Shown here: piece after piece, positions 49,991 to 61,532 of the stretch
Numbering within the stretch: the stretch's first letter is position 1
Layout of the letters: every line of letters begins with the position of its first letter
IMG/VR virus record: IMGVR_UViG_3300028840_006907
Span: 352,001-416,000 of that record
Reading direction: 5' to 3' (one strand)
Source: a virus
DNA: 64,000 nucleotides
Translations under genes and position numbers: made by a program
The notes under the pieces: model-generated
What the model was told of the DNA's origin: nothing
Database searches by the model: none
Seen by the model: only the letters and a program-made list of their open reading frames with translations

Positions 49991-51850
49991 ATGCCAACAA
50001 GTCAAGTAAATGTACCAGCTCAGTTAAAAGCTTTTCCATATGTCGCTCCTCCATTAGATACAAGTCGTGGTGGGACAGATAGTTCATTAGATAGTTTAAT
50101 TACAGCTCTTGAACAAATATCAGCTAATGTACCTGATGATATCACAGATTTAATCGGTCCTGGATCAACTCCTGTACCTTCAATAGGACAGGATGAGTGG
50201 CAAAGTGTTTCTATTGCGGATTTAAGTTGGGTAGAAAGAATTACTTCACCACTTAATAGTGCTTTGCAGAAAATTGATAAAATAGTTATAGCATTGACTA
50301 AAATTTTAAAAATTATTGAATTATTCACCAGTACTTTTAATTCCTTTTCTAAACTTATTATAAGTGCAATAGAGTTGGCTCAGAATAAATTAAATGAATT
50401 TGCTCTTGATACAATGGGTTTTGGTGTTTCGGCAAATGTGCTTGTGCCTCCTGCTTTATTAAAATTAGTGGGTGATGTTGATTCTCGGAATCAGCTACGT
50501 GGAGGTTTTAATGGTTTTTTAACTCGACTAGAGAGTTCAATATATAATGTACAAGATCCTAATAGGCCCCAATTTACAACGAATGATTATGTTGGAGGTC
50601 TTGTTATTGTCATAGATTCAGAATCTTTAGATGTGGCTTGGAGAGGGATGCAACAATTAGCATCAATGTTTGATTTCATGACTCTTTTTGGATTGAATCT
50701 TGCTCCTCCTCCCCCTACTAATTTGGGTGGGTTTAGTGGAAGATTTTCATATGATGATGAAGAAGAAGAGTATGAAGTTCAAGATGATATAACCCGAGCG
50801 GAAGATAGTGCTGATGAGTCCTCTGCCAGGGAATGGCAATTCGGTGTTCAGATTGAATGGGATCAGACTTATTCTGCTTCAGGATTTAACATCTATAGAA
50901 GTCGTGTTCCAGGAGGGCAGGCACAATTAGTTGAATATATTCCTACTTCTCTTGTTGATAATAAAGAGACTGGTGAACCTGGTCTTTTGTCTATTGTGGG
51001 TGATTGGATTCTTAATATTAGAGCTGGGGAAGATGTTCAGCTACCAGAAAGGTTAGAATATGTTTATGAAGATCCTGATTTCCCTGGACCGGTGTTTGTA
51101 CCAGCAGGTTTAGACTCCAGATTAAAATATGTTGATACGAATATGCAAACGAAAATTCTTAATCCGGAAGCAGATGCAGAAGATCAAATAGAAATTCCGA
51201 TTTATGTGGATGATGAGGGGAAAGAAGTTCCTGTCAGTAATTATTACTATATGATTCGGGCTTGTAATGCGAGTGGTCAAGGAGAAGGGCCAAATTCTAA
51301 AGAATTATCAGTTGCTATAAAAGCATGTAATGATGCTTTTAGTATTGCCGATTTAATTCAACATCCTAATGGGAGATTTGAGTTTTTTTCTATTGGATAT
51401 GGTAAGATAAATAATTGGTCTTCTATAAAATTGACAAAGATGATTCCTTGGTTTACGGAGATTGTAGGAATATTAAATGATTTTTTAGAGACATTAAAAG
51501 GAATGGCAACAAGTGCTTCTGATTCTTTTTCGGATTTTCTTGATCAGATAAAAGAAAAAGTATCCTTATATACCAATATTTTAGGAGCAGTGTCCTATTT
51601 AGTTGAGAGAGTGAAAGATTTGGTATTAGGACCATCTGCAGCCTATTTAAATGTTCCCCCCGAAAAAGGTGGTATGCCTGTTTTCCTTGAGAGAGTAAAA
51701 AATGCTCAAGGAGGGGAAGATTTTAGTGGTTCTAATGGAATAACTATAGGAGTGGTTTTGGTTTATGGGGCCTCTGGAAGTCAGATTGCTCAATTGGCTC
51801 TTTTAAAAAGAGCTTTTGATTTTATTTATTCGCTTTTTGTTGGAGATTAA
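49991..51850 (+). CDS. Structural protein with an FN3-like segment (619 aa)
   Basis: WQFGVQIEWDQTYSASGFNIYRSRV resembles a fibronectin-III/Ig-like strand pattern. Confidence 0.65.
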   Translation: MPTSQVNVPAQLKAFPYVAPPLDTSRGGTDSSLDSLITALEQISANVPDDITDLIGPGSTPVPSIGQDEWQSVSIADLSWVERITSPLNSALQKIDKIVIALTKILKIIELFTSTFNSFSKLIISAIELAQNKLNEFALDTMGFGVSANVLVPPALLKLVGDVDSRNQLRGGFNGFLTRLESSIYNVQDPNRPQFTTNDYVGGLVIVIDSESLDVAWRGMQQLASMFDFMTLFGLNLAPPPPTNLGGFSGRFSYDDEEEEYEVQDDITRAEDSADESSAREWQFGVQIEWDQTYSASGFNIYRSRVPGGQAQLVEYIPTSLVDNKETGEPGLLSIVGDWILNIRAGEDVQLPERLEYVYEDPDFPGPVFVPAGLDSRLKYVDTNMQTKILNPEADAEDQIEIPIYVDDEGKEVPVSNYYYMIRACNASGQGEGPNSKELSVAIKACNDAFSIADLIQHPNGRFEFFSIGYGKINNWSSIKLTKMIPWFTEIVGILNDFLETLKGMATSASDSFSDFLDQIKEKVSLYTNILGAVSYLVERVKDLVLGPSAAYLNVPPEKGGMPVFLERVKNAQGGEDFSGSNGITIGVVLVYGASGSQIAQLALLKRAFDFIYSLFVGD

Positions 51851-51853
51851 AAA

Positions 51854-53491
51854 ATGTCGGCTGAAAATCAGATTTTACAAACAACAAAAGAAGATATAAC
51901 TAGAATTGAAGAGTCTCTTTACGGTAATTCCGTAAGAAATATGAGACGAGCTTTAGATAAAATCCGGAAACGACTCGTTATTCTTCAACGTCGTCTTGTT
52001 GAATTAAGGAGTAATGAATCGATTATAAAGTCTCGGATATATAATAATGCTGATGCTCTTTTTATTGATGCTAATTATTCTGCAGGGAAAACTCAAGCCA
52101 CTAATCCACAACAATCTTATACTAGAGTCTATGGTGCCAATGATCCTCATCAGAACTATGCCTATTCGAAATTTAATATGTATACAGTAGGTATTGGTGT
52201 TAAGGAGATGGATTGTGAGTTAAACAGGATAGATAAAGAGATTAAATCTATTCAGGCAGATATTAGAGCTTATGAGGTTTCAGAGCAGAAAATTACAGAT
52301 AGTATTAGATTAGCTGAAGCACAAAAAGAAAAAAATTTGAAAAATACTCTTGGACGGATATTGCCTCCAACTCAGGAAGATTTAGAAAAGGATAAGATAG
52401 CCCGAGCGAGAACGGCAAATATACTATTGCTCTATAAAATAGCTCTTAATTATAGGGATCTGAGTCGGGTTCCTCTTTCTGGTTTTTCTACAGGTTTTTC
52501 GGAGCAAAGGGTTTATCCAGATGAGAGAAAGTTACCTCGACAGTTAAAAATACTTCGTCAGATATTTTGGTCTCATGCAAATGCTCCTGGTTTACAATTT
52601 GATCGTAAAGAAGAATTAACATTTGATGATCCTGCAACTTCAGAAAATTTGAATATATTATATGCTGCTGTCTCTGAAGGTCGGGCTACATCAGCAAATA
52701 GTAAGATTTCTCTTGAAGTAGATGCTTATGTGAAACAGGTAGATACAATTGCTAATGATCCATTGGTTTCAGAAGGTATTGAAAGAAAACCAGATGCAAC
52801 TCTTCCACTTGCTAATTCTTTAAGTGAAAAAACAAAAAGTTATCCTGGAGCTGTATTACGGTTTCAGGATTTTTATTTAGGATCTTTTGAGATACCCACA
52901 TTTGATGAATGTATAAAAAAATGGTGGAAGAAAAGTAATGCTGATTTATATTTTGGTCTTCCCCAATGTCCAAATGTGACTGAACCTTATCCTACAACTG
53001 GTGATGAGAAGACTGATGAATATGAAGCATCAAAATCAGAAGCAGTTATAGCTGGTACTGAAAAGTATAAAGAATCATTAGAAAAAGCAAAAGCTCAAAT
53101 TGATGAAGATATAGCAAATAATGTTGGTGATCTTCCAGCAACTGCCCCTGACTGGGTTAAGACTTATGCAGAATCTTATGGCAGTAGTAGTAGGGGATCA
53201 TTGGATTATGAGGGATCAACTATTATTGTGGGGCGTGCTACTGGTGCTGATGAGGCTACTGCACAGACAAATGCTGATAAATTAATTACTTTTCCAGCAG
53301 ATTCTACAGTAACTAAAAAAGATGAATACTCTTATGTAAGTTTAACAGGTTATCTTGTTACTTATACAAATGGGAGACAATTATTTGTTTATCCTGAAAA
53401 TAAAGAGAACTTTGATAATCAACCAGTTACAACTCCTATAAGGAGTATCGAAGAACAAACTGAATGGATTGTTTATGTTCAATGGGGTTAA
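51854..53491 (+). CDS. Hypothetical structural protein with coiled-coil N-terminus (545 aa)
   Basis: ORF track; start 4 nt after the previous stop. Confidence 0.65.
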   Translation: MSAENQILQTTKEDITRIEESLYGNSVRNMRRALDKIRKRLVILQRRLVELRSNESIIKSRIYNNADALFIDANYSAGKTQATNPQQSYTRVYGANDPHQNYAYSKFNMYTVGIGVKEMDCELNRIDKEIKSIQADIRAYEVSEQKITDSIRLAEAQKEKNLKNTLGRILPPTQEDLEKDKIARARTANILLLYKIALNYRDLSRVPLSGFSTGFSEQRVYPDERKLPRQLKILRQIFWSHANAPGLQFDRKEELTFDDPATSENLNILYAAVSEGRATSANSKISLEVDAYVKQVDTIANDPLVSEGIERKPDATLPLANSLSEKTKSYPGAVLRFQDFYLGSFEIPTFDECIKKWWKKSNADLYFGLPQCPNVTEPYPTTGDEKTDEYEASKSEAVIAGTEKYKESLEKAKAQIDEDIANNVGDLPATAPDWVKTYAESYGSSSRGSLDYEGSTIIVGRATGADEATAQTNADKLITFPADSTVTKKDEYSYVSLTGYLVTYTNGRQLFVYPENKENFDNQPVTTPIRSIEEQTEWIVYVQWG

Positions 53492-53524
53492 TTTGTAATT
53501 ATTAATTAATATTTGTGAAATAAT

Positions 53525-54247
53525 ATGTCATACGATTTAAATATAACAGCAGTCTGTGATCACAGAATATATAGAGAATTGGTTACTCTTGAAGATGATA
53601 GAAGGTCTATTCGACTTTCGAAACCTTTATCATCGTCAAATATCGATTTATATGCTTCTGAGAATTTAGTTCCTAAGACAGCATATACTATTATTTATGA
53701 CCCGTTAACAACAACAATTAATCAGCCAAGAATGATTTATTTGAAAAATAGATGGAGACAGACTGAGGATTATTTTGAGGTTGTTTATATCACTTTTAAA
53801 GGATTTTGTCCAAAATGTGCTGGGTTAGAAGTAATTGATGATGTCCAATATGATATTAGAGGTCATTTAAAGCAAATCAGAAATGAAAATCTTTTACTTC
53901 AAAATTTGGAAAAATTTACTGTTACTGAAATTCAGAGTAATGCTTTCCACACATTTATAGGAACTTCTTTAACAAAACTTTTGGGGCAAAGAATAACGGA
54001 TGTCTCTTTTATATCATCGAAAGTTACTCAGGAAATAAATAGTACTCTTGAGGTTTTAAAAAGTCTACAGGATCAGTATGTCTCTACAGGTCGTGTTACT
54101 ACGGATGGAGAGCTTTTTGATACTATTGAAAGTGTTCGGGTCCGGTTTGATGAGAGTGATCCTACTATTTTAAGAACGGATGTAACTGTTTTGGCCAAAT
54201 CAGGTCAGAATGTGGATTTTACACAATATTTGCAATTACCAGTATAG
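53525..54247 (+). CDS. Hypothetical baseplate-region protein (240 aa)
   Basis: ORF track; contains CPKC. Confidence 0.6.
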   Translation: MSYDLNITAVCDHRIYRELVTLEDDRRSIRLSKPLSSSNIDLYASENLVPKTAYTIIYDPLTTTINQPRMIYLKNRWRQTEDYFEVVYITFKGFCPKCAGLEVIDDVQYDIRGHLKQIRNENLLLQNLEKFTVTEIQSNAFHTFIGTSLTKLLGQRITDVSFISSKVTQEINSTLEVLKSLQDQYVSTGRVTTDGELFDTIESVRVRFDESDPTILRTDVTVLAKSGQNVDFTQYLQLPV

Positions 54248-54257
54248 GATTTGAAAA

Positions 54258-57200
54258 ATGGCAATACCAGCTCCAGAAATACTTCTTCCTACAGGTGGGA
54301 TGGATTATGCAACAGATATAGCCACACAGACTTTATCTGGTACAACTTCTGCTGATACTCAAGAGATCCAGATAAATGGGTCAGTTCATGGTGTATCATA
54401 TACTGCAGGAGAAACTATTTGGTCCTGGACAGGTACTTTGACTTTAGGTAGTAATGTAATCAATATAATAGCAATTGAGAAAGTCACAAGTTTGCCTAGT
54501 CCTGCTACTACGATTACTATAACATTAATTCCACCTGAAGATGAGGTGATTACGGTTAGTTCTCCTACTGGAGTACAGACATTACGTTATCAAGATAAAA
54601 TCGAAATAAAGAATGTTCAGAATCCTGAACCCAATACAATAGGGTATAATTACTATGTTAGTACACAAAGTGGTGGGATAGATGGAGTTTATGCGAAAAT
54701 CAATACTGATTACATAACTGAATATACTTCATACGAAGATAAAGCAACTCTCATAAATACAGTTACTGATACAACTGGTAATATACGTGTGACAGTTACA
54801 ACTGAACAAATAACCAGAGAATATTATTATTCGGTCTTTTTTGATCAGGAACGTTATACTGAATTAGTAGAAGCTGAACTATTACCAGCAGTATCTTTTA
54901 ATCAGAATACTCCATTCTTTTTTGTTGTTACAGCTATAATATATGATCCAGTTCTTGGACAGGTAACTGAAAGTGCCAATTCGATTGAACTTCAGAGTTC
55001 TCCTGTTACTATTACGACAGGAATAAGAACACTCCCTGCTAGAACTCAGAATGATATTATCCTTACTTTTAGTCAAGATCTTTTATTATCAAATACTGGG
55101 ACTGATACAAAGCCAGGTACAGTGGTAAGAGATATGATGGATCCCATCTCGGAGGAGATGGCTAGAGTTTATGTAATTCAGGATTTTCTCGCTCGATCTC
55201 TATCAGTTAGTTCATTATTGGATTTTGATGATGCTGATGGAGATGGTGAGAGTGATGCAGTAGAGGATTCCATTCCGAAAAAAGCTTTACAACTTGCTCT
55301 TATGCTTACTGATCCTGACGATGTCCAGGCAGTTATTGATGCTCAATTTGATAAACTGGCTTCTAATGCTGATACAACAAGAAGATCTGCAACATATGCA
55401 GTGGGAGAGGTTACATTTTTTGTCACCGAAGCTCCTATAAGGGATATGGTAGTAAATGAGGGTGCTATAGTTTCTACTTTAGGTGATTTGGATAGTGGTA
55501 TCCAGGCACAATCTTATAGAACATTAGCTACAAAGATATTAGATTATGAAACTCGTGAAAGATTTTATAATTCGACAACAGGACGCTATGAGATGAGTCT
55601 TGATGTTGAGGCATTAAATGTAGGTGAAGAAGGGAATACAGATTCTTATACAGTTAAAGTAGTTTCTTCAGGGGCCGATTCAAATTTTCAGGTAGAAAAT
55701 CCTAATCCTATAAGTTTTGGTGAAGATATAGAATCAAATTATAATTTAGCCACTAGGATAATGTTGGCATTTTTTGCTGATACCGGTACTGAGGGAGGTT
55801 ATGCTAAAATAGCTGCCAGTGTCTCTGGTGTAAGAAGAACTCGTATCGAAAAAGCCGGTGATCCACTAATGATCAGAGACTATGATCCTATAAGAGAAAA
55901 ACATGTTGGTGGAAAGGTGGATGTTTATATCCAAGGATCAAGATCGAGACAAGTAACTGATCAGATAGCTTTTTCATTTGAAAGTATAGTATCGAGCCAA
56001 GGGGCTCAATCGGAAGAACAATTCCTTGTGATAAATGCAGTGGCCTTTCAGTTTAAGACCACGAATCCCCGGGTAACATCACATACCCCCATCTTTGAAG
56101 TAAGTCGAGTATATAATGCAACGAGAGCACAGGAATATGATATTTCTGGATACCAAATCATAGGTGATGGTAATACTGTTGATCTTGATGAAACTAAAGC
56201 TCAGAATGCTGCTATAGGTTTAGCTGCTACAGATGTAATAAAAGTCGATTACAAATTTAGGAGTTCGGATACTTTTGTTCTACAGAATCAACCTGTAAAT
56301 GATATTGTCTCTATTGTGGGTCAATTATCTGGTACATTAACTTCTGATAACTGGGATTTAGTTACACTTGAAGATCCTTTGGCAGAAGGCCGGTCTACAA
56401 TAGCACAAGATAGTGTGAGAATAAAATTTGCAAATAATTTACCTCTTACAGGTTTTCAAACAATTACTGATGAGGTTCATGTAATGATTTTGGGTAAAAA
56501 TGAACCTCTTGATTTTTTAGGGGCTGACCCTACTTCTATTGTAGTTAAAAATTTGGCTAAGACTGTTACTTATGTATTAAATGTGGATTACAGAATCGAT
56601 CCTGGTACTGATACTGAGGCTACTGAAATTATTATGATAGAATCAGGTAGTATCAGTAATGGAGAGCAGGTTTTAATAAATTATGTAGCAATTGAAAATT
56701 TTATTATAACTTATACAACGAATGAGTTATTAGAAACTGTTCAAGATGAATTGGATGAATATAAGCATGCCTGTGCTGATGCCATAGCAAAACAGGCCAT
56801 AGAAAATGGTGTTGATTTTGCTTTTACTGTGGTACCGAAATCTAATGTGGTAGATTTTAACACATTGACTTCTCAGATTACAACCTCGATAGCAAATTTT
56901 ATAAGTCAATTGGATATAGGTGTCTCACTTACTCAAAGTGATGTGGATAATCAAATAAGAAAAGTTGATGATGTAGATTATGTTGTCCTTCCGTTTACTC
57001 GTATGGTAAAATCTGATGGCTCTCAGATTGTACGAGATGATATAGGTCAAGTACAATTTGAAGTATATAATGATGGTGTTACAAGATCTTATATAACTTC
57101 AGCAACGGTCCTTTCTTATAATACTATTGATAAGGGTGGTGATGAGAATAAATTTAGAGGAGTATTTGAGAACACAGTTGCACTTATTTTACAGGATGAT

Positions 57201-57431
57201 CCTCTTGATGTTTCGGGAGGTGCAGGACGTGCCTATATCCAGAGTGATGGAAAAATAATCGTAAGTACTATTGATGGTCAGTTACCTGATACGAAAAATT
57301 ATGAAGTAGCATATTATGTGGAAGGGGAAACTGGTTCTGAAGATATTAATGTAGCAGCAGTTGAGTCTTTAAAAATTGGGACTCTAACAATTGCTTATGA
57401 TACACCACGAGAACAACTTCCTTCGTTATAA
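54258..57431 (+). CDS. Large baseplate/fibre structural protein (1057 aa)
   Basis: ORF track; position immediately before the propeller-containing fibre. Confidence 0.7.
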   Translation: MAIPAPEILLPTGGMDYATDIATQTLSGTTSADTQEIQINGSVHGVSYTAGETIWSWTGTLTLGSNVINIIAIEKVTSLPSPATTITITLIPPEDEVITVSSPTGVQTLRYQDKIEIKNVQNPEPNTIGYNYYVSTQSGGIDGVYAKINTDYITEYTSYEDKATLINTVTDTTGNIRVTVTTEQITREYYYSVFFDQERYTELVEAELLPAVSFNQNTPFFFVVTAIIYDPVLGQVTESANSIELQSSPVTITTGIRTLPARTQNDIILTFSQDLLLSNTGTDTKPGTVVRDMMDPISEEMARVYVIQDFLARSLSVSSLLDFDDADGDGESDAVEDSIPKKALQLALMLTDPDDVQAVIDAQFDKLASNADTTRRSATYAVGEVTFFVTEAPIRDMVVNEGAIVSTLGDLDSGIQAQSYRTLATKILDYETRERFYNSTTGRYEMSLDVEALNVGEEGNTDSYTVKVVSSGADSNFQVENPNPISFGEDIESNYNLATRIMLAFFADTGTEGGYAKIAASVSGVRRTRIEKAGDPLMIRDYDPIREKHVGGKVDVYIQGSRSRQVTDQIAFSFESIVSSQGAQSEEQFLVINAVAFQFKTTNPRVTSHTPIFEVSRVYNATRAQEYDISGYQIIGDGNTVDLDETKAQNAAIGLAATDVIKVDYKFRSSDTFVLQNQPVNDIVSIVGQLSGTLTSDNWDLVTLEDPLAEGRSTIAQDSVRIKFANNLPLTGFQTITDEVHVMILGKNEPLDFLGADPTSIVVKNLAKTVTYVLNVDYRIDPGTDTEATEIIMIESGSISNGEQVLINYVAIENFIITYTTNELLETVQDELDEYKHACADAIAKQAIENGVDFAFTVVPKSNVVDFNTLTSQITTSIANFISQLDIGVSLTQSDVDNQIRKVDDVDYVVLPFTRMVKSDGSQIVRDDIGQVQFEVYNDGVTRSYITSATVLSYNTIDKGGDENKFRGVFENTVALILQDDPLDVSGGAGRAYIQSDGKIIVSTIDGQLPDTKNYEVAYYVEGETGSEDINVAAVESLKIGTLTIAYDTPREQLPSL

Positions 57432-57443
57432 GGAGCTTTATGT

Positions 57444-60400
57444 ATGGCTGAGAATTTAGGAACGGGTGTTTCTTTTGTTGATGAGAGTAATGGGTATAAT
57501 TATGATAAAGTTGTTTTCCAAAAACAAAAGCCACCTTTAGATACTGAATTAAATCTTGCTCAAGAGATACAAAATTTACTGGCAAAAAGACATATAAAAG
57601 GAATGCCTTCTGGTTGGTTAAATATAGAGGACTTTTATACAAGTTCATTATTAGAAAACCAATTTTATACCCAAGATCCGGACACAGCTATTCCAGAATA
57701 TGCTGTTGTGAATGGTATGGTTCTTTATGTGACTAACACTGGTACTTCTGAAACAAATTCAAATTTGATCACTCTTACTGATCCTCCTACCTCAGGTAAT
57801 CTTGTTAATGGTGTAATCCTAGAAGTATGGAGAGCTTTATTAGATACAGAAACCGATAATAACAGACCTGATTCAACAGTGGTTATAGATTCGTTAATGG
57901 CTATTGATGCCGTTACTGAAAATAGTGCCTGGACAGTCGGGGAAAATGGGCTTATTCTAGCTACTGAAAATGGTGGTCAAACATGGTCGGTTCAATTAAT
58001 TGATACAAAAAAGAAATTAAATGATGTTCATTTTATAAATACAACAGTAGGTTGGGTAGCCGGTGATAATGGTGCCATAGGTAGAACTTCATCTGGTGGT
58101 GTAACTTGGCTCGTATTACAGAGTGGCTATACTGAGAATTTCAATGGGATTCATGCAGCTACACATCTAATTGCTTGGGTTGCTGGTGATGGTGGTATTA
58201 TTCTTAAAACCGTCAATGGAGTTAACTGGTCGGCTCAAAATAGTAATGTTACAGCAAATCTTAATGATATTTATTTCTATGATAGTTTAGTAGGATGGGC
58301 AGTAGGAGATAATGGTACTATAATAAAAACCACTGATGGTGGATCCAATTGGATAACATTAACAAGTGGTACCACAGAAAATTTAAACGCTGTCTTTTTC
58401 TATGATTTAAATTTTGGTTTTGCTGTTGGTGATAATGGTACAATTTTAAGATCATCTGATGGTGGGCTGTCCTGGGTTGATCAATCTGGTAACATATACA
58501 CTGGTTCTGGTTATACAAGTCTTTCAGTGAATTACACTGATGTCACAATGGCCCCTTCTCTTGATATCCACGTGACCAATGAAGAGGTAACTTCCCAATT
58601 TACAGGTTCAAATAAAAATTGTACTGTAGTGAATGTTCCTATGACTAAAGGTGATGGGTTAGGTACAACAACGAATAGCCCTGCTGATGTCGATGGTGAG
58701 GGTAATTTAAGTACTGTTGTAACTGTAAATGGTACTTCTGTTCTTATAGATAGCATTGATGGAACTACAGGTCAAATTATTCTTAATCAGGCTCCTCAAG
58801 CATGTGATACAGTCCTTGTCTCTTATTGGCATAAAGTCAGCCCTGATATTTTTACGGGTAGGGCATGGATTACAGGGGCATCTGGAACAGTGTTGATGAG
58901 TCCAGACATTGGTGCTAATTGGAATCAACAAACTCCAAATACCAGCTATGATTTAAATGGTGTAAGTTTTGTTGATCAAAATAAGGGATGGGTAGCTGGA
59001 GCATTTTCAGTGATGCGACATACTGAAGATGGTGGTACTACATGGACTACTCAAATCAGTGATACCGTTTCTCGAAGGGTGCAACGGGTTTATAATGAAG
59101 GTAATGTAGATACTGTTATCTTTTTGGATGATGAAATGATCCATCCTGACACAAACATAGAAACGACAAAAAGAGTTCAAATTCAATATAAAATAAGAGT
59201 TATAGAAAATGTTGATCCCTTTTCATATCCGGATGCGGGGCTAGGCTCAGCGGGTATTGTGGCTCTAGGGCCAAATGCTACAGGATCATTTGCTTATCAG
59301 AACATGGGTTCTACGACAGGTGATTATGGTTTATGGCAAGCGAAATGCTCTAATACAGTAGATGGGTACGCATGGGCTATCCCAATGTTTTTTGTCAATA
59401 GAAGAAATAGCACTACTTTTAATGCTGCCAATAATACAAATGGTTCTAATGCTAAAGGTACTTCAAATATCCGACCTGATCTTTTGACCGGTGTTGATGT
59501 TGTAGATCAGGATATTCTTGATGTCAGGAGACAAATATTTATCCCTTCAGTGACTGAATTACTAAATAGTAGTTTTGATGCCCTTATGAATAATCAGTTA
59601 AAAACTCGATTTTTCAGACAAACCACTGGTGGTGATAGTTATTCTGTTGAGCCTTTACAATTGGATTATATCGCGCATGGTTCTGGTACTGAAATTGATG
59701 CTACATTGAGCGAGGCTGTTTCGGGACAAGTCACATCAATTACAACAACGAGTACAATATCTCAAAGTGTTCCTGCATCTACTTCTTTACCTTTTGATGT
59801 GACATTAAGTATTCCAGTAGGAACTCGGGGATTATTTCATCCTAATTCTATTTATTATACAGCTCGTTATGTAAGTAATAGTGCCACATATGATGGGAAA
59901 CCTATTCCGGGAGAATTTACTGGTATAGGTACAAATTCAGTAACGTTTAATTTTAGTGCAAAAGTAAACACTACAAATGAAGACACTAATTTAGTCAGTT
60001 ATGATATTGTGGCTCATTATGTAATATTTAGTCCTAAGTCATTGAGTAAAATTCCTTCTACTCCTCAGCTAGTAGAAAATACAGGAACGGTAAGTGAACC
60101 TTCTTTTTTCTATAGAGGAGTATTTACCAGTGAAACTTCTGGTAGAAAGATTGAAGAATGGGATTCAGGTATTTCAGGATATCCGAGTTATACTCTAGCC
60201 TATCCTGTTATAGAGGCAGGAAGTACTGCACAGGAAGCCCGAGCTTCTTCGATTGAGGTACATTTATATATAAGACTAACTAGTACTGAAATACAAAGTA
60301 TTAATCAGATTAAGATAAGTCAGGAAGTTTATCCTGATGTTGCAGATACGACTTCTTATTATAATCTTTACTGTGTCAGTGAAATAAATAATATCACTTC

Positions 60401-61520
60401 TGGTTTTAGTTTTAAGATAGATGATATTGTAATCACAGATGCCATTTATATTGACAGTGCTTCTGGTTTCCCCTTTATCGAAGGTAATGTCATTGAAATT
60501 GTGGGTATGGCATTGGCAGCTACCGGTAATTCTTATACCAGAAATGGTGCAAGTGTTAATTTTACTCAGGGTGAGAAAAAAATAAGCCCATTTGCTTATT
60601 CATCTCGTTTAAAAATAACTTCATTTCCTCCTGGGTCTATATCAAGTGTTCAGTTTACTAGCCTCGATGCTGATAGTGGTCAAATCTCCACAGCTTCTGG
60701 GGTATTTCTTGGTATAAGTACAACAGAAACTGTGAATAGTTTAACTGATCATTTTGCTTGGGTTGATGTTGGAGCGGGAGATGTTCTTACTCCAGTAACA
60801 GTGACAGGATTTAATACCACGACTTTAACAGTAAATTTCGCTACTCCTATATCACCAACTAGTGTCAAGATACAGGCTTTAATAAAACAGGCTAATTTAA
60901 TTTATGGCACTGATGCTGATGATGGATTACAGATAGCTTATAATTTTATTCCGAGTCAAACTCCTACAAATCTTCCTTCCAGTTTAATAGTAGGGATGGT
61001 TACTAATCCTACAAGTATTTATATATCAAATTTAGGTACTGGAGGCAGTCTTGTAGATAAGGAACCTTATAGTTTCCCTATTGATAGTATCCCTGTAAAT
61101 AATAGCTCTATTATTGATGATAATGAATTTTATAATTTAGATCTATTTAGATTTTCTAATTTCTCAGTAGATAGTGGGTTTGTTCAGATGCCTACTATTG
61201 TTCCTGGTTCTTTTGGGGAAGAGTTAACTTTTTCAAGTTTAACTACTGATGAGTTGTTACGTACTTTTTATAGTACATGTGATACAGAATTTGCCTTCAG
61301 AACAGAAGGTATAAAAATTGGAATACCGAGAAAGATATTTATCGCTACTATAGGAAGAGTAAAAGAGAACTCTACTCAATTATTACGAGGTGAATATGTT
61401 CTTATAATAATTTCCAGAGATAGCCTTACTGATTTAGAAAATTACACAGGTTGTGAAACAGGAAGTGGTAATGTTATCGGGATCTACCGATTACCGAATA
61501 AGCCATTGGTAAGAAAGTAA
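57444..61520 (+). CDS. Tail fibre protein with 7-bladed BNR/Ycf48-like beta-propeller domain (1358 aa)
   Basis: Seven repeats of W-x-x-G-x-x-G-x-I-x-x-T-x-(D/N)-G-G-x-(T/S/N)-W, e.g. AWTVGENGLILATENGGQTWS, GWVAGDNGAIGRTSSGGVTWL, AWVAGDGGIILKTVNGVNWS. Confidence 0.75.
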   Translation: MAENLGTGVSFVDESNGYNYDKVVFQKQKPPLDTELNLAQEIQNLLAKRHIKGMPSGWLNIEDFYTSSLLENQFYTQDPDTAIPEYAVVNGMVLYVTNTGTSETNSNLITLTDPPTSGNLVNGVILEVWRALLDTETDNNRPDSTVVIDSLMAIDAVTENSAWTVGENGLILATENGGQTWSVQLIDTKKKLNDVHFINTTVGWVAGDNGAIGRTSSGGVTWLVLQSGYTENFNGIHAATHLIAWVAGDGGIILKTVNGVNWSAQNSNVTANLNDIYFYDSLVGWAVGDNGTIIKTTDGGSNWITLTSGTTENLNAVFFYDLNFGFAVGDNGTILRSSDGGLSWVDQSGNIYTGSGYTSLSVNYTDVTMAPSLDIHVTNEEVTSQFTGSNKNCTVVNVPMTKGDGLGTTTNSPADVDGEGNLSTVVTVNGTSVLIDSIDGTTGQIILNQAPQACDTVLVSYWHKVSPDIFTGRAWITGASGTVLMSPDIGANWNQQTPNTSYDLNGVSFVDQNKGWVAGAFSVMRHTEDGGTTWTTQISDTVSRRVQRVYNEGNVDTVIFLDDEMIHPDTNIETTKRVQIQYKIRVIENVDPFSYPDAGLGSAGIVALGPNATGSFAYQNMGSTTGDYGLWQAKCSNTVDGYAWAIPMFFVNRRNSTTFNAANNTNGSNAKGTSNIRPDLLTGVDVVDQDILDVRRQIFIPSVTELLNSSFDALMNNQLKTRFFRQTTGGDSYSVEPLQLDYIAHGSGTEIDATLSEAVSGQVTSITTTSTISQSVPASTSLPFDVTLSIPVGTRGLFHPNSIYYTARYVSNSATYDGKPIPGEFTGIGTNSVTFNFSAKVNTTNEDTNLVSYDIVAHYVIFSPKSLSKIPSTPQLVENTGTVSEPSFFYRGVFTSETSGRKIEEWDSGISGYPSYTLAYPVIEAGSTAQEARASSIEVHLYIRLTSTEIQSINQIKISQEVYPDVADTTSYYNLYCVSEINNITSGFSFKIDDIVITDAIYIDSASGFPFIEGNVIEIVGMALAATGNSYTRNGASVNFTQGEKKISPFAYSSRLKITSFPPGSISSVQFTSLDADSGQISTASGVFLGISTTETVNSLTDHFAWVDVGAGDVLTPVTVTGFNTTTLTVNFATPISPTSVKIQALIKQANLIYGTDADDGLQIAYNFIPSQTPTNLPSSLIVGMVTNPTSIYISNLGTGGSLVDKEPYSFPIDSIPVNNSSIIDDNEFYNLDLFRFSNFSVDSGFVQMPTIVPGSFGEELTFSSLTTDELLRTFYSTCDTEFAFRTEGIKIGIPRKIFIATIGRVKENSTQLLRGEYVLIIISRDSLTDLENYTGCETGSGNVIGIYRLPNKPLVRK

Positions 61521-61532
61521 AGGATTTTAAAT

